64,000 nucleotides of DNA, from positions 1,195,263 to 1,259,262 of the forward strand of contig CAWFCE010000002.1 in NCBI GenBank assembly GCA_963814275.1, in the 5' to 3' direction. The translations under genes and the position numbers were made by a program. The notes under the pieces are model-generated. The model saw only the letters and a list, made by a program, of their open reading frames with translations. It made no database searches and was not told the origin of the DNA. This document shows, one piece after another, positions 8,599 to 18,527 of the stretch (positions are counted from its first letter, which is position 1; each line of letters begins with the position of its first letter). Source of the DNA: Candidatus Parcubacteria bacterium. Lineage in GTDB: Bacteria > Patescibacteriota > Patescibacteriia > Patescibacteriales > UBA12075.

Positions 8599-11352
8599 TC
8601 AAAGTATCTTCTTTCCCTTCTCTATCCGTACATTCCCCTGTTCGTCGATCACTACTGTGTCGCGGCGCTTCAGGTTGCCCAGGAGGATCTGGTTGGCGAT
8701 CTGGTCTTCTACCCGGTCCTGGAGCAGGCGGCGCAGGGGCCGGGCGCCGAACTTGGGGTCGAAGCCGGCTTTGGCCAGGACGCGTATCCCCCCTTCTTCG
8801 GCGCGAAAGCCGATGCCTTTCGGTTCGAGCAGTTTGGCGATGCCCTTGAGCATCAATCCGGCGATCTCAACCACATGTTCCATTGACAGCGGTTCGAATA
8901 CGATCACCCCGTCAAAGCGGTTAATGAGCTCCGGCCGCATCACTTTGACCAGGTAATCGCCGAGTAGTCGATCCTTGAATTCTTCCGTCCGCTTGCCGGC
9001 GAATATCTGTTCCTGGATGAATATCGCGCCAGCGTTGCTGGTCGCGATAATGATCGTATTGGTGAAATCGACCGTATGCCCCTGGCCGTCGGTCAGGCGG
9101 CCGTCATCCATCACCTGCAGGAACAAATTCATGATATCGGGATGGGCCTTCTCGACCTCGTCCAACAGGACCAGGGTAAACGGCAATTGGCGCACCTTTT
9201 CCGTCAGATAGCCCTTGGCCCCGTCAGAATCGCCGATCATTTTTTTGACACTGTCCGGATGCTGGTATTCGCTCATATCGATCCGCACCATATACTCCTC
9301 TTTGCCGAAATAAACATAAGATAGGGTTTTGGCCAATTCGGTCTTACCGACACCGGTCGGTCCCAGAAAAAGGAAATTAGCGATCGGCCGCTTGCCTTCC
9401 CGGAGCTCGGTCCGGGCGCGGCGCAGGCTGGCGGAGACCATCCTGACCGCTTCTTCCTGGTCGATCATGCGCTCGTGGATGCGCTCTTCCAGATGCAATA
9501 ATTCCCGGCCTTCGTTTTCCGTGATCTTGGTCACGGGGATCTTAGTTTCGTCGCTAATGACCGCGGCAATGTCTTCCCGGGAAATAAAGGCGTTTTCTCC
9601 CTTTTCCTTGGCGGCCCTGACCGCCACCAACTCCAGTATTTTGACCGCTTTTTCCGGTAAATACTTATCGTGGATGTACTTTGCCGCCAGGGACAGCACC
9701 TGTTCGACCGCGCTATAAGAAAAATATACTTTGTATTTGCCTTCGAAATAACCGATCTTCGATTCGATTATCTGTATCGCCTGGTTGCCTTCCGGCTCTT
9801 CCACGTCGACTTTAGCCATTGCTTCGGCGATCGAACAGCCTTGGATATACTTGATATAATTCTCGTCGCTGGCCGATGCCAGACAGTAAAGGTTCCGCCG
9901 TTCCAGGGCGCTGGAGAGCACCTCCGAGAGATCCAGGCTCTCCTCCCCGCCACTCGTGATACCCAGTAAATTCTCTATATTATCGATAAACAAAACGATA
10001 TTCCCGGCCCGCGCCACCTCGTCAATCACATTCAGCATCCTTCCCTGCGCCTCCGAAGGGGAAGCGCCGCTAATAAGGCGGGCGGCATCCAGCTCGACCA
10101 GGCGCTTATCCTGGAGGAACTTCGGCACTTGCTCCTTGACCATCAGCTGGGCAATGCCGTCGACGATAGTCTTCTTACCCACTCCGGGCGGACCAACCAG
10201 GAGCACTCCATTCAGGCCGGATTCGAATTGCTGCCATATGCGGTTGATCTCCTCTTCGCGGGCTACGCAGAAATCGAGCTTATTCCATTTGGCTGCCACT
10301 GTCAGATCATACCCGAGGGCGTTCAGGATCGGTGTCGCCACGGATGTGTAGGCGCGGTCCATATTGGTAGAGGGCTTGAAACCGGCCATTTGGCGGTACC
10401 GTCGGTATGACTCCACCTGGCGTTCATTGATAATGAACCACAACAATACGTTGTGGATCTTTCCGGTATCAACTTCGAGTTCATATAATATTTCTTTCAA
10501 TATCGAATCTTTGGCGAGGCAAGGTATAATAAAATTCTTGGGTGTGACTTTTTTCTGCCCCAGCTGATAGGCGGAAATATAGGCGTCAACCAGCACTTCG
10601 CGGATAGTGCGCGAAAGCAGGGTTCGCGCCGCCTGCCGCGGGAACTGGCCGATCCTTTTTTTTACCGCTTCGATCAGCCTGGCGCTATCGACATCCAGAC
10701 GGGAGAACATCGCCGCCACTTGCCGGTCGGACAGGCACGCGAAAAACAAATGAGCGGGGGTGGCATGCGGTTGTTCCAGCTTATTCGCGAGCAAAAACGC
10801 CTGCTCCACCGTATCCATCGCGGAGCGGGAAAAACCGCCGGATACGTCAACCTTGAATTTTCCTTTGGCCGTCCGCAATTCATCCCAATTATCGGCAATA
10901 TGGACTGCCTGGATATGCTCATCATACGGCAGCGGACGGATCAAATGCTGGCGGCGGATCTCTTCGCTCAGTCGGTAAAAAATGAACATACCGGCCGCCA
11001 AACCGATCCAAAATATCAATATCAGCGGATGCTGGATGCGCCAAAAAGCGAACCCGGCCAATTCGGCGGTATCCCGGGAAATATTATAAAGCCAGAACGT
11101 GAGCGACAATAATCCGGATAAGGCGATCGTGAAAGCGATTATATTTATGGCCAGCTGGAATTTTTGCCGGATATGGCTGAGTTCGATCATGGCCCGCCCC
11201 AATTTGGGCGCCCAAAAAAAGAAACGGTTATAGGCGAATTTACCCACGCCCATACCGGAGCAATTCGGACACGCCAAGCCTAAATTATTCTTGCCCTGGC
11301 CGGAACATACCGGGCAGATGATATATTTGCCATTTCGGGTGTTATTAGCCAT
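8599..11352 (-). CDS. ClpC/ClpB-like double AAA+ ATPase with N-terminal DnaJ-type zinc finger and TM helices
   Basis: The ORF runs to 11382; ATG at 11352 (MANNTRNGKY) is the likely start. CPVCSGQG and CPNCSGMG repeats, then 2-3 hydrophobic helices. Two Walker A motifs: LLVGPPGVGKKT (D1) and FLGPTGVGKTELAK (D2). Confidence 0.85.
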   Translation of the reverse strand: MANNTRNGKYIICPVCSGQGKNNLGLACPNCSGMGVGKFAYNRFFFWAPKLGRAMIELSHIRQKFQLAINIIAFTIALSGLLSLTFWLYNISRDTAELAGFAFWRIQHPLILIFWIGLAAGMFIFYRLSEEIRRQHLIRPLPYDEHIQAVHIADNWDELRTAKGKFKVDVSGGFSRSAMDTVEQAFLLANKLEQPHATPAHLFFACLSDRQVAAMFSRLDVDSARLIEAVKKRIGQFPRQAARTLLSRTIREVLVDAYISAYQLGQKKVTPKNFIIPCLAKDSILKEILYELEVDTGKIHNVLLWFIINERQVESYRRYRQMAGFKPSTNMDRAYTSVATPILNALGYDLTVAAKWNKLDFCVAREEEINRIWQQFESGLNGVLLVGPPGVGKKTIVDGIAQLMVKEQVPKFLQDKRLVELDAARLISGASPSEAQGRMLNVIDEVARAGNIVLFIDNIENLLGITSGGEESLDLSEVLSSALERRNLYCLASASDENYIKYIQGCSIAEAMAKVDVEEPEGNQAIQIIESKIGYFEGKYKVYFSYSAVEQVLSLAAKYIHDKYLPEKAVKILELVAVRAAKEKGENAFISREDIAAVISDETKIPVTKITENEGRELLHLEERIHERMIDQEEAVRMVSASLRRARTELREGKRPIANFLFLGPTGVGKTELAKTLSYVYFGKEEYMVRIDMSEYQHPDSVKKMIGDSDGAKGYLTEKVRQLPFTLVLLDEVEKAHPDIMNLFLQVMDDGRLTDGQGHTVDFTNTIIIATSNAGAIFIQEQIFAGKRTEEFKDRLLGDYLVKVMRPELINRFDGVIVFEPLSMEHVVEIAGLMLKGIAKLLEPKGIGFRAEEGGIRVLAKAGFDPKFGARPLRRLLQDRVEDQIANQILLGNLKRRDTVVIDEQGNVRIEKGKKIL

Positions 11353-11713
11353 AAATCTGAAAAAATATTTCGAATATAACAAGCGGCGGTATTATAAGCC
11401 ACGCCGCCAAAGCGGCCACTGCGACAGCCGCCCAGACCAACATCACTATTCCGCGAAAAAATATCTGGACCAGCCGCATTCCGATACTGATCAGGCGCCC
11501 CTGCCAGTCGGTTTGTCCGAACATCGGCCGGAATAAATTCTTGACCCAGATGTGAAGCGCCAATCCCCTTTCCCGGTTCTTCAAGAACTCATGCAAGCCG
11601 CGCACCGTGCGGACCAGCCCGAAAGTATACCACCATAACGGAAACATCAAAATGTCCCGACTGATCTCGCCAAGGATTTTTATGCTGTACAAATAGAAAT
11701 TATTGGTTAGCAT
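11345..11713 (-). CDS. hypothetical membrane protein
   Basis: 122-aa ORF with 2-3 TM helices; its 3' end overlaps the clp-like gene start. Confidence 0.45.
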   Translation of the reverse strand: MLTNNFYLYSIKILGEISRDILMFPLWWYTFGLVRTVRGLHEFLKNRERGLALHIWVKNLFRPMFGQTDWQGRLISIGMRLVQIFFRGIVMLVWAAVAVAALAAWLIIPPLVIFEIFFQIYG

Positions 11714-11967
11714 GAAATATTAGTGTATAAACATAAATGTTAACAAATAGCAAACAAGAGATAACAGCTTGAATAATCTGTTATCCGCCATCTGTTATCT
11801 GTTATCTAATTATAACATATTTTCCTCGTTTCCGACAACTAAATCTTGACATATTATCCTGGCTTTGTTATATTAATATAGTTATCTCTATGAGGGATAT
11901 TTTATTTTTAAGTATCTAACTTTCCGCTATTACAACTAATAATAGTCAAAGTTAATATCTAAACAAT

Positions 11968-12252
11968 ATGGCCCATAAAAAAGCCGGCGGCAGTACTAGT
12001 AACCTACGGGATTCAAAAAGCAAGCGTCTCGGCGTTAAACTGGCCGACGGGCAATTCGCCAAAATCGGCGCGATCATAATCCGCCAGCGCGGCACGAAAT
12101 ATCATCCCGGTGAAAATGTCAAACGCGGCAATGACGATACTCTTTTTGCGACCGCGGCCGGATTGGTCAAATTCACCACCAGAAAGCTCAAAAAATTCAA
12201 TAACCAATTGAAAGCGACAAAAATAGTAAGTGTCAACGAGCAAACTAAATAG
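11968..12252 (+). CDS. rpmA: 50S ribosomal protein L27
   Basis: [24 protein letters not shown]...[16 protein letters not shown] is canonical L27. Confidence 0.97.
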   Translation: MAHKKAGGSTSNLRDSKSKRLGVKLADGQFAKIGAIIIRQRGTKYHPGENVKRGNDDTLFATAAGLVKFTTRKLKKFNNQLKATKIVSVNEQTK

Positions 12253-12273
12253 GATATATTCACCATATTAAAA

Positions 12274-12302
12274 ACACCCGATTAATTACCGGGTGTTTTT
12301 AA
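12274..12302 (+). terminator. rho-independent terminator after rpmA
   Basis: ACACCCG-ATTAATTA-CGGGTGT hairpin plus TTTTT. Confidence 0.6.
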
Positions 12303-12324
12303 TTGTATAAAATATCCCAAAAAT

Positions 12325-12930
12325 GAATTACCCCGGGGCAGAGCCCCGAGGTATCGGGGATGTTCCGATGTTTTTGTTAATCAAACAGTTTTAGCTGACC
12401 TTCGTGTATCTTTTTGTAGCTTCCGCCCTGTTTTTCGATATATTCCTTAATCATCTTTTCATTACCGTATTGTCCGACCGTGTTTGCATAAAAACCTGAT
12501 GTCCAAAGATTTCCACCCCACAATATTTTCCTGATTTCCGGATGCTTCTTGAATAGCCCTTTTCCAGTTATGCTTTTGATCGTTTTCACCATTTCTGAAA
12601 CCGACATGCTTGGAATTCCCTGGACTAAATAGTGTACGTGATTTTCGTCGGCTCCGATTTCTACAAAATTCATTTCATAGCAAATTCCAATTTCCAGACA
12701 AATATCTTTCAATGAATTTTCAACTTCAGGAGTTAGAATAGAGCGTCGATATTTTACAGGAAAAACTATGTGGTAGAGTAGCAATGTCTTGCTGTGCCTT
12801 TTGTATATATGTTTATCATCTTTATCCATATATACATAGTTTAGCTGTTAATCAACCTCTTGAAAACCTACGGTTTTCAAACTTTCCCTCCTGAAGGAAA
12901 CCCCGGGGCAGAGCCCCGAGGAATAGTAGA
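12325..12930 (-). mobile_element. IS200/IS605-family insertion sequence (tnpA only)
   Basis: A Y1 transposase gene bracketed by the same-orientation repeat CCCCGGGGCAGAGCCCCGAGG (12331-12353 and 12901-12923, with internal hairpin CGGGG-CAGAG-CCCCG). An additional hairpin TTGAAAACC-TAC-GGTTTTCAA (12860-12880) lies upstream of tnpA. Element ends are approximate. Confidence 0.72.
12377..12829 (-). CDS. tnpA: IS200/IS605 family transposase TnpA (HUH/Y1)
   Basis: 150 aa. LLYHIVFPVKYRR...DENHVHYLVQ (HUH motif)...GFYANTVGQYG (catalytic Tyr region). Confidence 0.88.
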   Translation of the reverse strand: MDKDDKHIYKRHSKTLLLYHIVFPVKYRRSILTPEVENSLKDICLEIGICYEMNFVEIGADENHVHYLVQGIPSMSVSEMVKTIKSITGKGLFKKHPEIRKILWGGNLWTSGFYANTVGQYGNEKMIKEYIEKQGGSYKKIHEGQLKLFD

Positions 12931-12936
12931 TTTAAT

Positions 12937-14649
12937 TTATTGTTTCTTTGGTTTTTTTTTCCTTTCGTTCAGGCAGACCCGGATGAATTCCACGAAGAGC
13001 GGGTGTGGCGAAAGAGGTCGGGAGATATATTCCGGATGGAATTGGGTGCCGATGAAAAACGGGTGGCCTTTGATCTCGACCGCTTCCACGATCCGGCCGT
13101 CGGGCGAAGTACCGGCGATCGTCAAGCCGTTCTTTTCAAAATGCTGGCGATAATCGTTATTGAATTCATAGCGATGGCGATGGCGTTCGCTCACTATTAC
13201 ATCTTCTTTTCTGTCGAATTTTTTCCTGATATCCGCTGCTGTCCGGGAATAGGCCGATGCCAAATGAGTCCTGGGAACCAGTTTGCAGGGCCAGCCGCCC
13301 AAGCGGATAGTCCCTCCATATTGTTTTTTCTCGATCAATTCCTTCTGGCCGGGCATAATATGGATGACCGGGTATGACGTCCGGGGATTCACTTCCTCGG
13401 AATTAGCATCGGCAAATCCGCATACATTACGGGCGAATTCGATCACCGCCATCTGCATGCCGTAGCAAAGCCCGAAATACGGCAATTTCTTTTCCCGGCA
13501 GTATTCGATGGTCTTGATCTTCCCCTCGCTTCCCCGCGATCCCCAGCCCTGCGGTACGATCACGCCGTCATAGCGCTTCAGGCTGGCGGTGCCGTTCTGT
13601 TCGATCTCTTCGGTGTTGATCCAATGCAATACCGGTTTGCAATTATTGGCCGCTCCGGCATGCTTGATCGCTTCGATCACCGAAATATATGAATCGGCCA
13701 GGCAGAAATCGCCGGTGGCGAAATATTTGCCCACAATCCCGATATTCACCTCTTTTTTCGCTTTTTTGACCGCAACGGTCATATTGGTCCATTCCTTCAT
13801 ATCATTCTTGCGCTTGCGCAAGCCGAATTTTTCCAATATCCGGTCACCCAGATTTTCCTGTTCGAAATTCAGGGGGACGTCATAGATCGAATCAATATCC
13901 GGAGCGGCAATCACGTCATCGGTCTTGACGTTGCAATGGATCGCGAGCTTCTTCCGCCTCGGTTCGTCAATCGCCACCCGGGCCCGGGCGACGATGAAAT
14001 CCGGCTGGATGCCGGCGCTGTTCAGATTGCGCACCGCGTGCTGGGTGGGCTTGGTCTTCATCTCACCGACCTTCTCCGGGATCGGCAGATAACTGACCAT
14101 CACGAACTGGACATCTTCCGGATGTTCCAGATGCATATAGCGCGCCGCTTCGAGGAAAAGCAGGTTCTCGTATTCTCCGGCGGTGCCCCCGATCTCGATC
14201 ACCATGATCTCGGCGCCGGTTTTCTTGACCGCCCTTTGGATCCGCTCCCTGATCTCGATCGGCACATGAGGAACGACCTGGACGCATTTGCCGTCATATT
14301 CCAGATTACGCTCTTTCTGGATCACGCTCAGGTAAACCCGCCCGGTCGTCATATAATTCTCACGATAGATATTCTGGTTCAGAAACCGCTCGTAATTGCC
14401 GATGTCCTGGTCGGTTTCGTCTCCGTCTTCTGTCACGAACACTTCGCCGTGCTCGATCGGATTCATCGTGCCGGCATCCACGTTGACATAGGGGTCGACC
14501 TTGATACAGCTCACTTTATATCCTTTGGATAATAAAATCCGGCCGATCGAGGCCGTAGTTATGCCCTTGCCCACTCCGGACAAGACGCCGCCGACCACAA
14601 AAATGAATTTTGCGGACGGTTTTTTTCGGTTAATTTTTCTTTTTGGCAT
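12937..14649 (-). CDS. pyrG: CTP synthase
   Basis: 570 aa. N-terminal synthetase domain FVVGGVLSGVGKGITTASIGR and C-terminal GATase domain (GLCYGMQ, HRHRYEFN). Confidence 0.97.
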   Translation of the reverse strand: MPKRKINRKKPSAKFIFVVGGVLSGVGKGITTASIGRILLSKGYKVSCIKVDPYVNVDAGTMNPIEHGEVFVTEDGDETDQDIGNYERFLNQNIYRENYMTTGRVYLSVIQKERNLEYDGKCVQVVPHVPIEIRERIQRAVKKTGAEIMVIEIGGTAGEYENLLFLEAARYMHLEHPEDVQFVMVSYLPIPEKVGEMKTKPTQHAVRNLNSAGIQPDFIVARARVAIDEPRRKKLAIHCNVKTDDVIAAPDIDSIYDVPLNFEQENLGDRILEKFGLRKRKNDMKEWTNMTVAVKKAKKEVNIGIVGKYFATGDFCLADSYISVIEAIKHAGAANNCKPVLHWINTEEIEQNGTASLKRYDGVIVPQGWGSRGSEGKIKTIEYCREKKLPYFGLCYGMQMAVIEFARNVCGFADANSEEVNPRTSYPVIHIMPGQKELIEKKQYGGTIRLGGWPCKLVPRTHLASAYSRTAADIRKKFDRKEDVIVSERHRHRYEFNNDYRQHFEKNGLTIAGTSPDGRIVEAVEIKGHPFFIGTQFHPEYISRPLSPHPLFVEFIRVCLNERKKKPKKQ

Positions 14650-14711
14650 AGGGATTTTGGTAATTAGTAATTTGTAATTAGTAATTTGCGAGCCTATTCC
14701 GGTGACTTCGG

Positions 14712-15161
14712 TTATTTAGTATTGTCTGTCGTAATTTTGAATTCGGCTTTTACGGCTTTGCTTCCCAGTGCGACCTCTACTTTATAATCCCCTGTTTTCT
14801 TGATAGTCCGGTTGAGTTTTATCTCTTCCGGATCGATATTGTAGCCTTCCTTTTTAAGCGCTTGGGAGAGCGCTTTTTTGTCCAGCCCGGCGTATAGCGT
14901 CCCTTTCTCGTCCGTCTTTACAGTAATGACAAATGTTTTACCGGAAATTCTCTTTACCAGCTTTGACTTGTCCTGTATTGTCTGTTTTTTCACTCTTTCC
15001 CGTTTGGCGGCCTGGGCGCTTAGCATATTGAGCGTGTGTTTGTTCAATAACTCGGCAAAACCCATAGGGATAAGGTAATTCCGGGCATAGCCTTCGGCCA
15101 CATCCTTGATATCGCCCTTGTGGCCGAGTTTGGGAACCTCTTTTAGCAATACTATTTTCAT
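14712..15161 (-). CDS. rplI: 50S ribosomal protein L9
   Basis: MKIVLLKEVPKLGHKGDIKDVAEGYARNYLIP is canonical L9. Confidence 0.93.
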   Translation of the reverse strand: MKIVLLKEVPKLGHKGDIKDVAEGYARNYLIPMGFAELLNKHTLNMLSAQAAKRERVKKQTIQDKSKLVKRISGKTFVITVKTDEKGTLYAGLDKKALSQALKKEGYNIDPEEIKLNRTIKKTGDYKVEVALGSKAVKAEFKITTDNTK

Positions 15162-15323
15162 AAATGTTGTTTAAAAATTTAAAATTATTCAGTTATCAAC
15201 GTTGGGAGTAGTAATTTTCAATTACCCAATTATCAATTTCCATAAATTTCAAATATCTAATATCAAATTATCAAATCATCTTTACTTTTATTTGACATTG
15301 ATTGGATTATTGAAAATTGATAA

Positions 15324-16637
15324 TTAATTCTCCATTTGGTCGCTTGTGCTCGCATTATTACCAGTGGCTGCTCCGGAATTATTACCCGTTAATATTTCGA
15401 CGGCTTTATCCATCTGCGGATCGAGGTTGTTGTTGTAATCATCCAGGGTTAAATCGACCTCGACGTCTGGCGTTATCCCTTCATCATTGATGCTGCGGCC
15501 GTCCGGGGTCAGCCATTTGGCGACAGTCACCTTGACCGATGAACCGTCGTCGAATTTTTCCAGGGTTTGGACCGAACCTTTGCCGAAAGACTGTTTGCCC
15601 ACCAGGGTAGCCAGTTTATGGTCCTGAAGCGCGCCGGAGACGATCTCCGAAGCGGAGGCGCTTCCCTGGTTTATGAGCACTACCGTGGGGAAGGATTTCA
15701 AGCGGGCGCGACCGCGCGATAGATGCTCGATCTTCTGGTCGTCGCTGTAGCGTTCAACCACCACAATCCCGTCTTCCACCCATTCACTGGAAACTTCGAT
15801 CGCGGTTTCCAGATAGCCGCCGGGGTTGTTCCGCAGGTCAAGTATAATACCTTTGGGGTTGGCGTCGACGATCTCCCGAACGGCAGTATTGAATTCTTCT
15901 TCGGTGTCATCGTTAAAGCTGGTTATTTGGACAACAAAGATCCCATCATCGCGTTTGGTCGTACGCACGCTTTTTACCGTTATCTGATCGCGTTTGACCG
16001 CGATATCGCGGACATCATCCTCCCCGTTGCGCTTGATTGTCAGGGTGACTTCGGTTCCCTTGGGGCCGCGTATGCGGTTAACCGCCTCATCGACCGACAG
16101 GCCCATTGTCGTTTCTTTATCTATCGCCAGTATCCGGTCGCCGGACAATAAGCCGGCCTTTTCGGCCGGCATTTCGGGCAGAGGCGCGATAATCGTCAAC
16201 AAATCGTTCTTCATGCCGATCTCGGCCCCTATCCCTTCGAAAGTCCCCTGCAAGTCTTCCTGGAACTCGCGCGCCACCACGGGGTCCATAAACACCGTAT
16301 ATGGGTCTTTGGCCGAAGCAACCATACCCTTGATCGCGCCGTAAAACATCTGTTTATCGCTTAGCTTATCCTTGTCGACATAGTTGGACTTAAGCGAATC
16401 CCACACGCGCCAAAACAAAGAAAAGTCTATATCCTGAGATAATACTCCCGGTTCCGGTTCCTGATATTCCCCGATTACCTTGCCCAAATAGACGGCCTGG
16501 TCAGTGGCCAATTTCGCCATAATTTCATTTTTGCCCGACAGATATACGCCGGCCCCGAAGCTTAACCATAGCAGTACGACAACTAATATTAGCTTTAAAA
16601 AACGTTTTATTGATTTTCCATTTTTTTCTTCTGACAT
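15324..16637 (-). CDS. S41 family carboxyl-terminal processing protease
   Basis: 437 aa. N-terminal TM helix, PDZ segment (PAEKAGLLSGDRILAID) and S41 catalytic region (LINQGSASASEI...GKGSVQ). Confidence 0.88.
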   Translation of the reverse strand: MSEEKNGKSIKRFLKLILVVVLLWLSFGAGVYLSGKNEIMAKLATDQAVYLGKVIGEYQEPEPGVLSQDIDFSLFWRVWDSLKSNYVDKDKLSDKQMFYGAIKGMVASAKDPYTVFMDPVVAREFQEDLQGTFEGIGAEIGMKNDLLTIIAPLPEMPAEKAGLLSGDRILAIDKETTMGLSVDEAVNRIRGPKGTEVTLTIKRNGEDDVRDIAVKRDQITVKSVRTTKRDDGIFVVQITSFNDDTEEEFNTAVREIVDANPKGIILDLRNNPGGYLETAIEVSSEWVEDGIVVVERYSDDQKIEHLSRGRARLKSFPTVVLINQGSASASEIVSGALQDHKLATLVGKQSFGKGSVQTLEKFDDGSSVKVTVAKWLTPDGRSINDEGITPDVEVDLTLDDYNNNLDPQMDKAVEILTGNNSGAATGNNASTSDQMEN

Positions 16638-17029
16638 ATTTTAATTACTAGGCTTTAAAACTTGATTGTAAATACAATATAAATAAGCGTCAATTGATTA
16701 TTGAGCTTATTGAATGATTATTAATTTTTATTACATGATTATTCTAACATAAATAAATCAATCGTGGCAAGAAGCCAAACATGCTTGAATTTTACCGCAA
16801 TTGAAGGTAAGATAGAATTGAATAATAAAAAATTTACATTATTCCAAACTATAAGCATATTAACATAATACTGCCAAAGATTAGACGGAAACTTGAAATT
16901 GGAAATTGGAAATTTGGTTTTGACTTATCCATAACCGTCAATTACAAGATTCGAATACTTCCATAATTGTAATAAGCTTAGTCGTTCGAAATACGGGTAT
17001 ACAACATATTAGTAATTCGTCTAAAAACT

Positions 17030-18343
17030 ATGCCTAACTTTATTATCAACGGCGGCCGGAAACTACACGGCAAGATAAAAACTAATTCAGCCAAAAATTC
17101 GGCAGTTGCGGTATTGTGCGCCACCGCCATGATCAAGGGCAGAACAAGATTGACCGATGTACCGAAAATCGAGGAGGTGAAAAGAATAATCGAAATTCTG
17201 GAATCGATCGGCCTTAAGATAGAGTGGAGCGGCGACCATGAGCTCACAGTCGAAAATACGGGTAAATTCGTTTTGGACAAGATCAACCGTGAATCTTTCA
17301 TCAAAACCCGTTCCGGCCTGCTCCTGATGGGCGCCCTGTTGCCGTTTTTCGATAAATTCGACCTCCCCAAGGCCAGTGGCTGCAAGCTGGGCAAGCGTAC
17401 GGTCAATCCGTACTCCATTGCCCTGGAACATCTGGGTATTACGGTTGAATGCGATAATGAAGCCTACCATATCGTCAAAACCGATCCGCATCCGGCTGAT
17501 TTTACGATGTACGAAATGGGCGATACGGCAACGGAAAATACGATTATGGCCGCCTGTCTGATACCCGGCAGCACGACTGTCCATTTTGCCTCTTCCAACT
17601 ATATGGTCCAGGACCTGTGCCGGTTTTTAACGGCTGCCGGCGCGCGGATCGAGGGTATTGGTACGGCCACGCTTGAAATAGAAGGGGTGTCGGCGCTAAG
17701 CGAAGTTGACGGCTACGCCATTATGCCTGATCCGATCGAATCGATGGCCTTTATATCCGCTGCCATTACTACCGGCTCCGAGCTGACTATTACCCATTGT
17801 CCGATCGATTTTCTTCGTCTGGAACTGGAAAAGCTGCGGATAATGGGCCAGAAATTTGAATTAAGCGACACTTACAAATCAGAAAACGGATATTTCGACC
17901 TTAAGGATATAAAAATCATTCCTTCGGAGCTGACCGCGCCCGCTGACAAGATCCATCCCCTGCCTTATCCCGGTCTTAATATTGACAACATACCGCAGTT
18001 TCTCCCGATACTCACACAAGCCCGGGGTACGACCCTGGTGCATGACTGGATTTACGAAAACCGGGCGATCTATTTTACCGAGTTGAACAAGCTGGGAGCG
18101 GATATAATTCTTATGGACCCGCACCGCGTCATGGTAAACGGCCCGACCATACTCAAGGCCAACGAATTGATCTGCCCGCCGGCCTTGCGCCCCTCTATCA
18201 GTTTGCTCATCACGATGCTCGCCGCCCAGGGGCAATCGATACTGCGCAATTCTTACGCCATCGACCGCGGCTATGAGGATATTGTCGGCCGCCTGAATAA
18301 GATCGGGGCGAATATCAAGTCGGTGGATAAGCTGGATATATAA
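17030..18343 (+). CDS. murA: UDP-N-acetylglucosamine 1-carboxyvinyltransferase
   Basis: 437 aa. EPSP-synthase-fold repeats and an active-site loop KASGCKLGKRTVNP. Confidence 0.9.
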   Translation: MPNFIINGGRKLHGKIKTNSAKNSAVAVLCATAMIKGRTRLTDVPKIEEVKRIIEILESIGLKIEWSGDHELTVENTGKFVLDKINRESFIKTRSGLLLMGALLPFFDKFDLPKASGCKLGKRTVNPYSIALEHLGITVECDNEAYHIVKTDPHPADFTMYEMGDTATENTIMAACLIPGSTTVHFASSNYMVQDLCRFLTAAGARIEGIGTATLEIEGVSALSEVDGYAIMPDPIESMAFISAAITTGSELTITHCPIDFLRLELEKLRIMGQKFELSDTYKSENGYFDLKDIKIIPSELTAPADKIHPLPYPGLNIDNIPQFLPILTQARGTTLVHDWIYENRAIYFTELNKLGADIILMDPHRVMVNGPTILKANELICPPALRPSISLLITMLAAQGQSILRNSYAIDRGYEDIVGRLNKIGANIKSVDKLDI

Positions 18344-18527
18344 TCAAATTTTCAATAATCCAATTATCCAACCTGTTTGCCGGCAGGCAGGTTTTCAATC
18401 AATATCCAATATTTAATATTAGTTATTCAAACACTCTTTATAAATACTAGATATTGAATATTGTTTGAGTCATTGGATTATTGAAAATTGAAAATTCGAA
18501 ATATTTTGACTTATCTAAAATCCACCA

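Noticed and set aside
16638-17029. Long AT-rich spacers (16638-17029, 5799-6041, 2229-2519) checked for tRNA, rRNA or other structured RNA genes.
   Set aside because: No cloverleaf-compatible stems, anticodon-loop context or rRNA-like conserved strings could be recognised by eye. No RNA gene is claimed.
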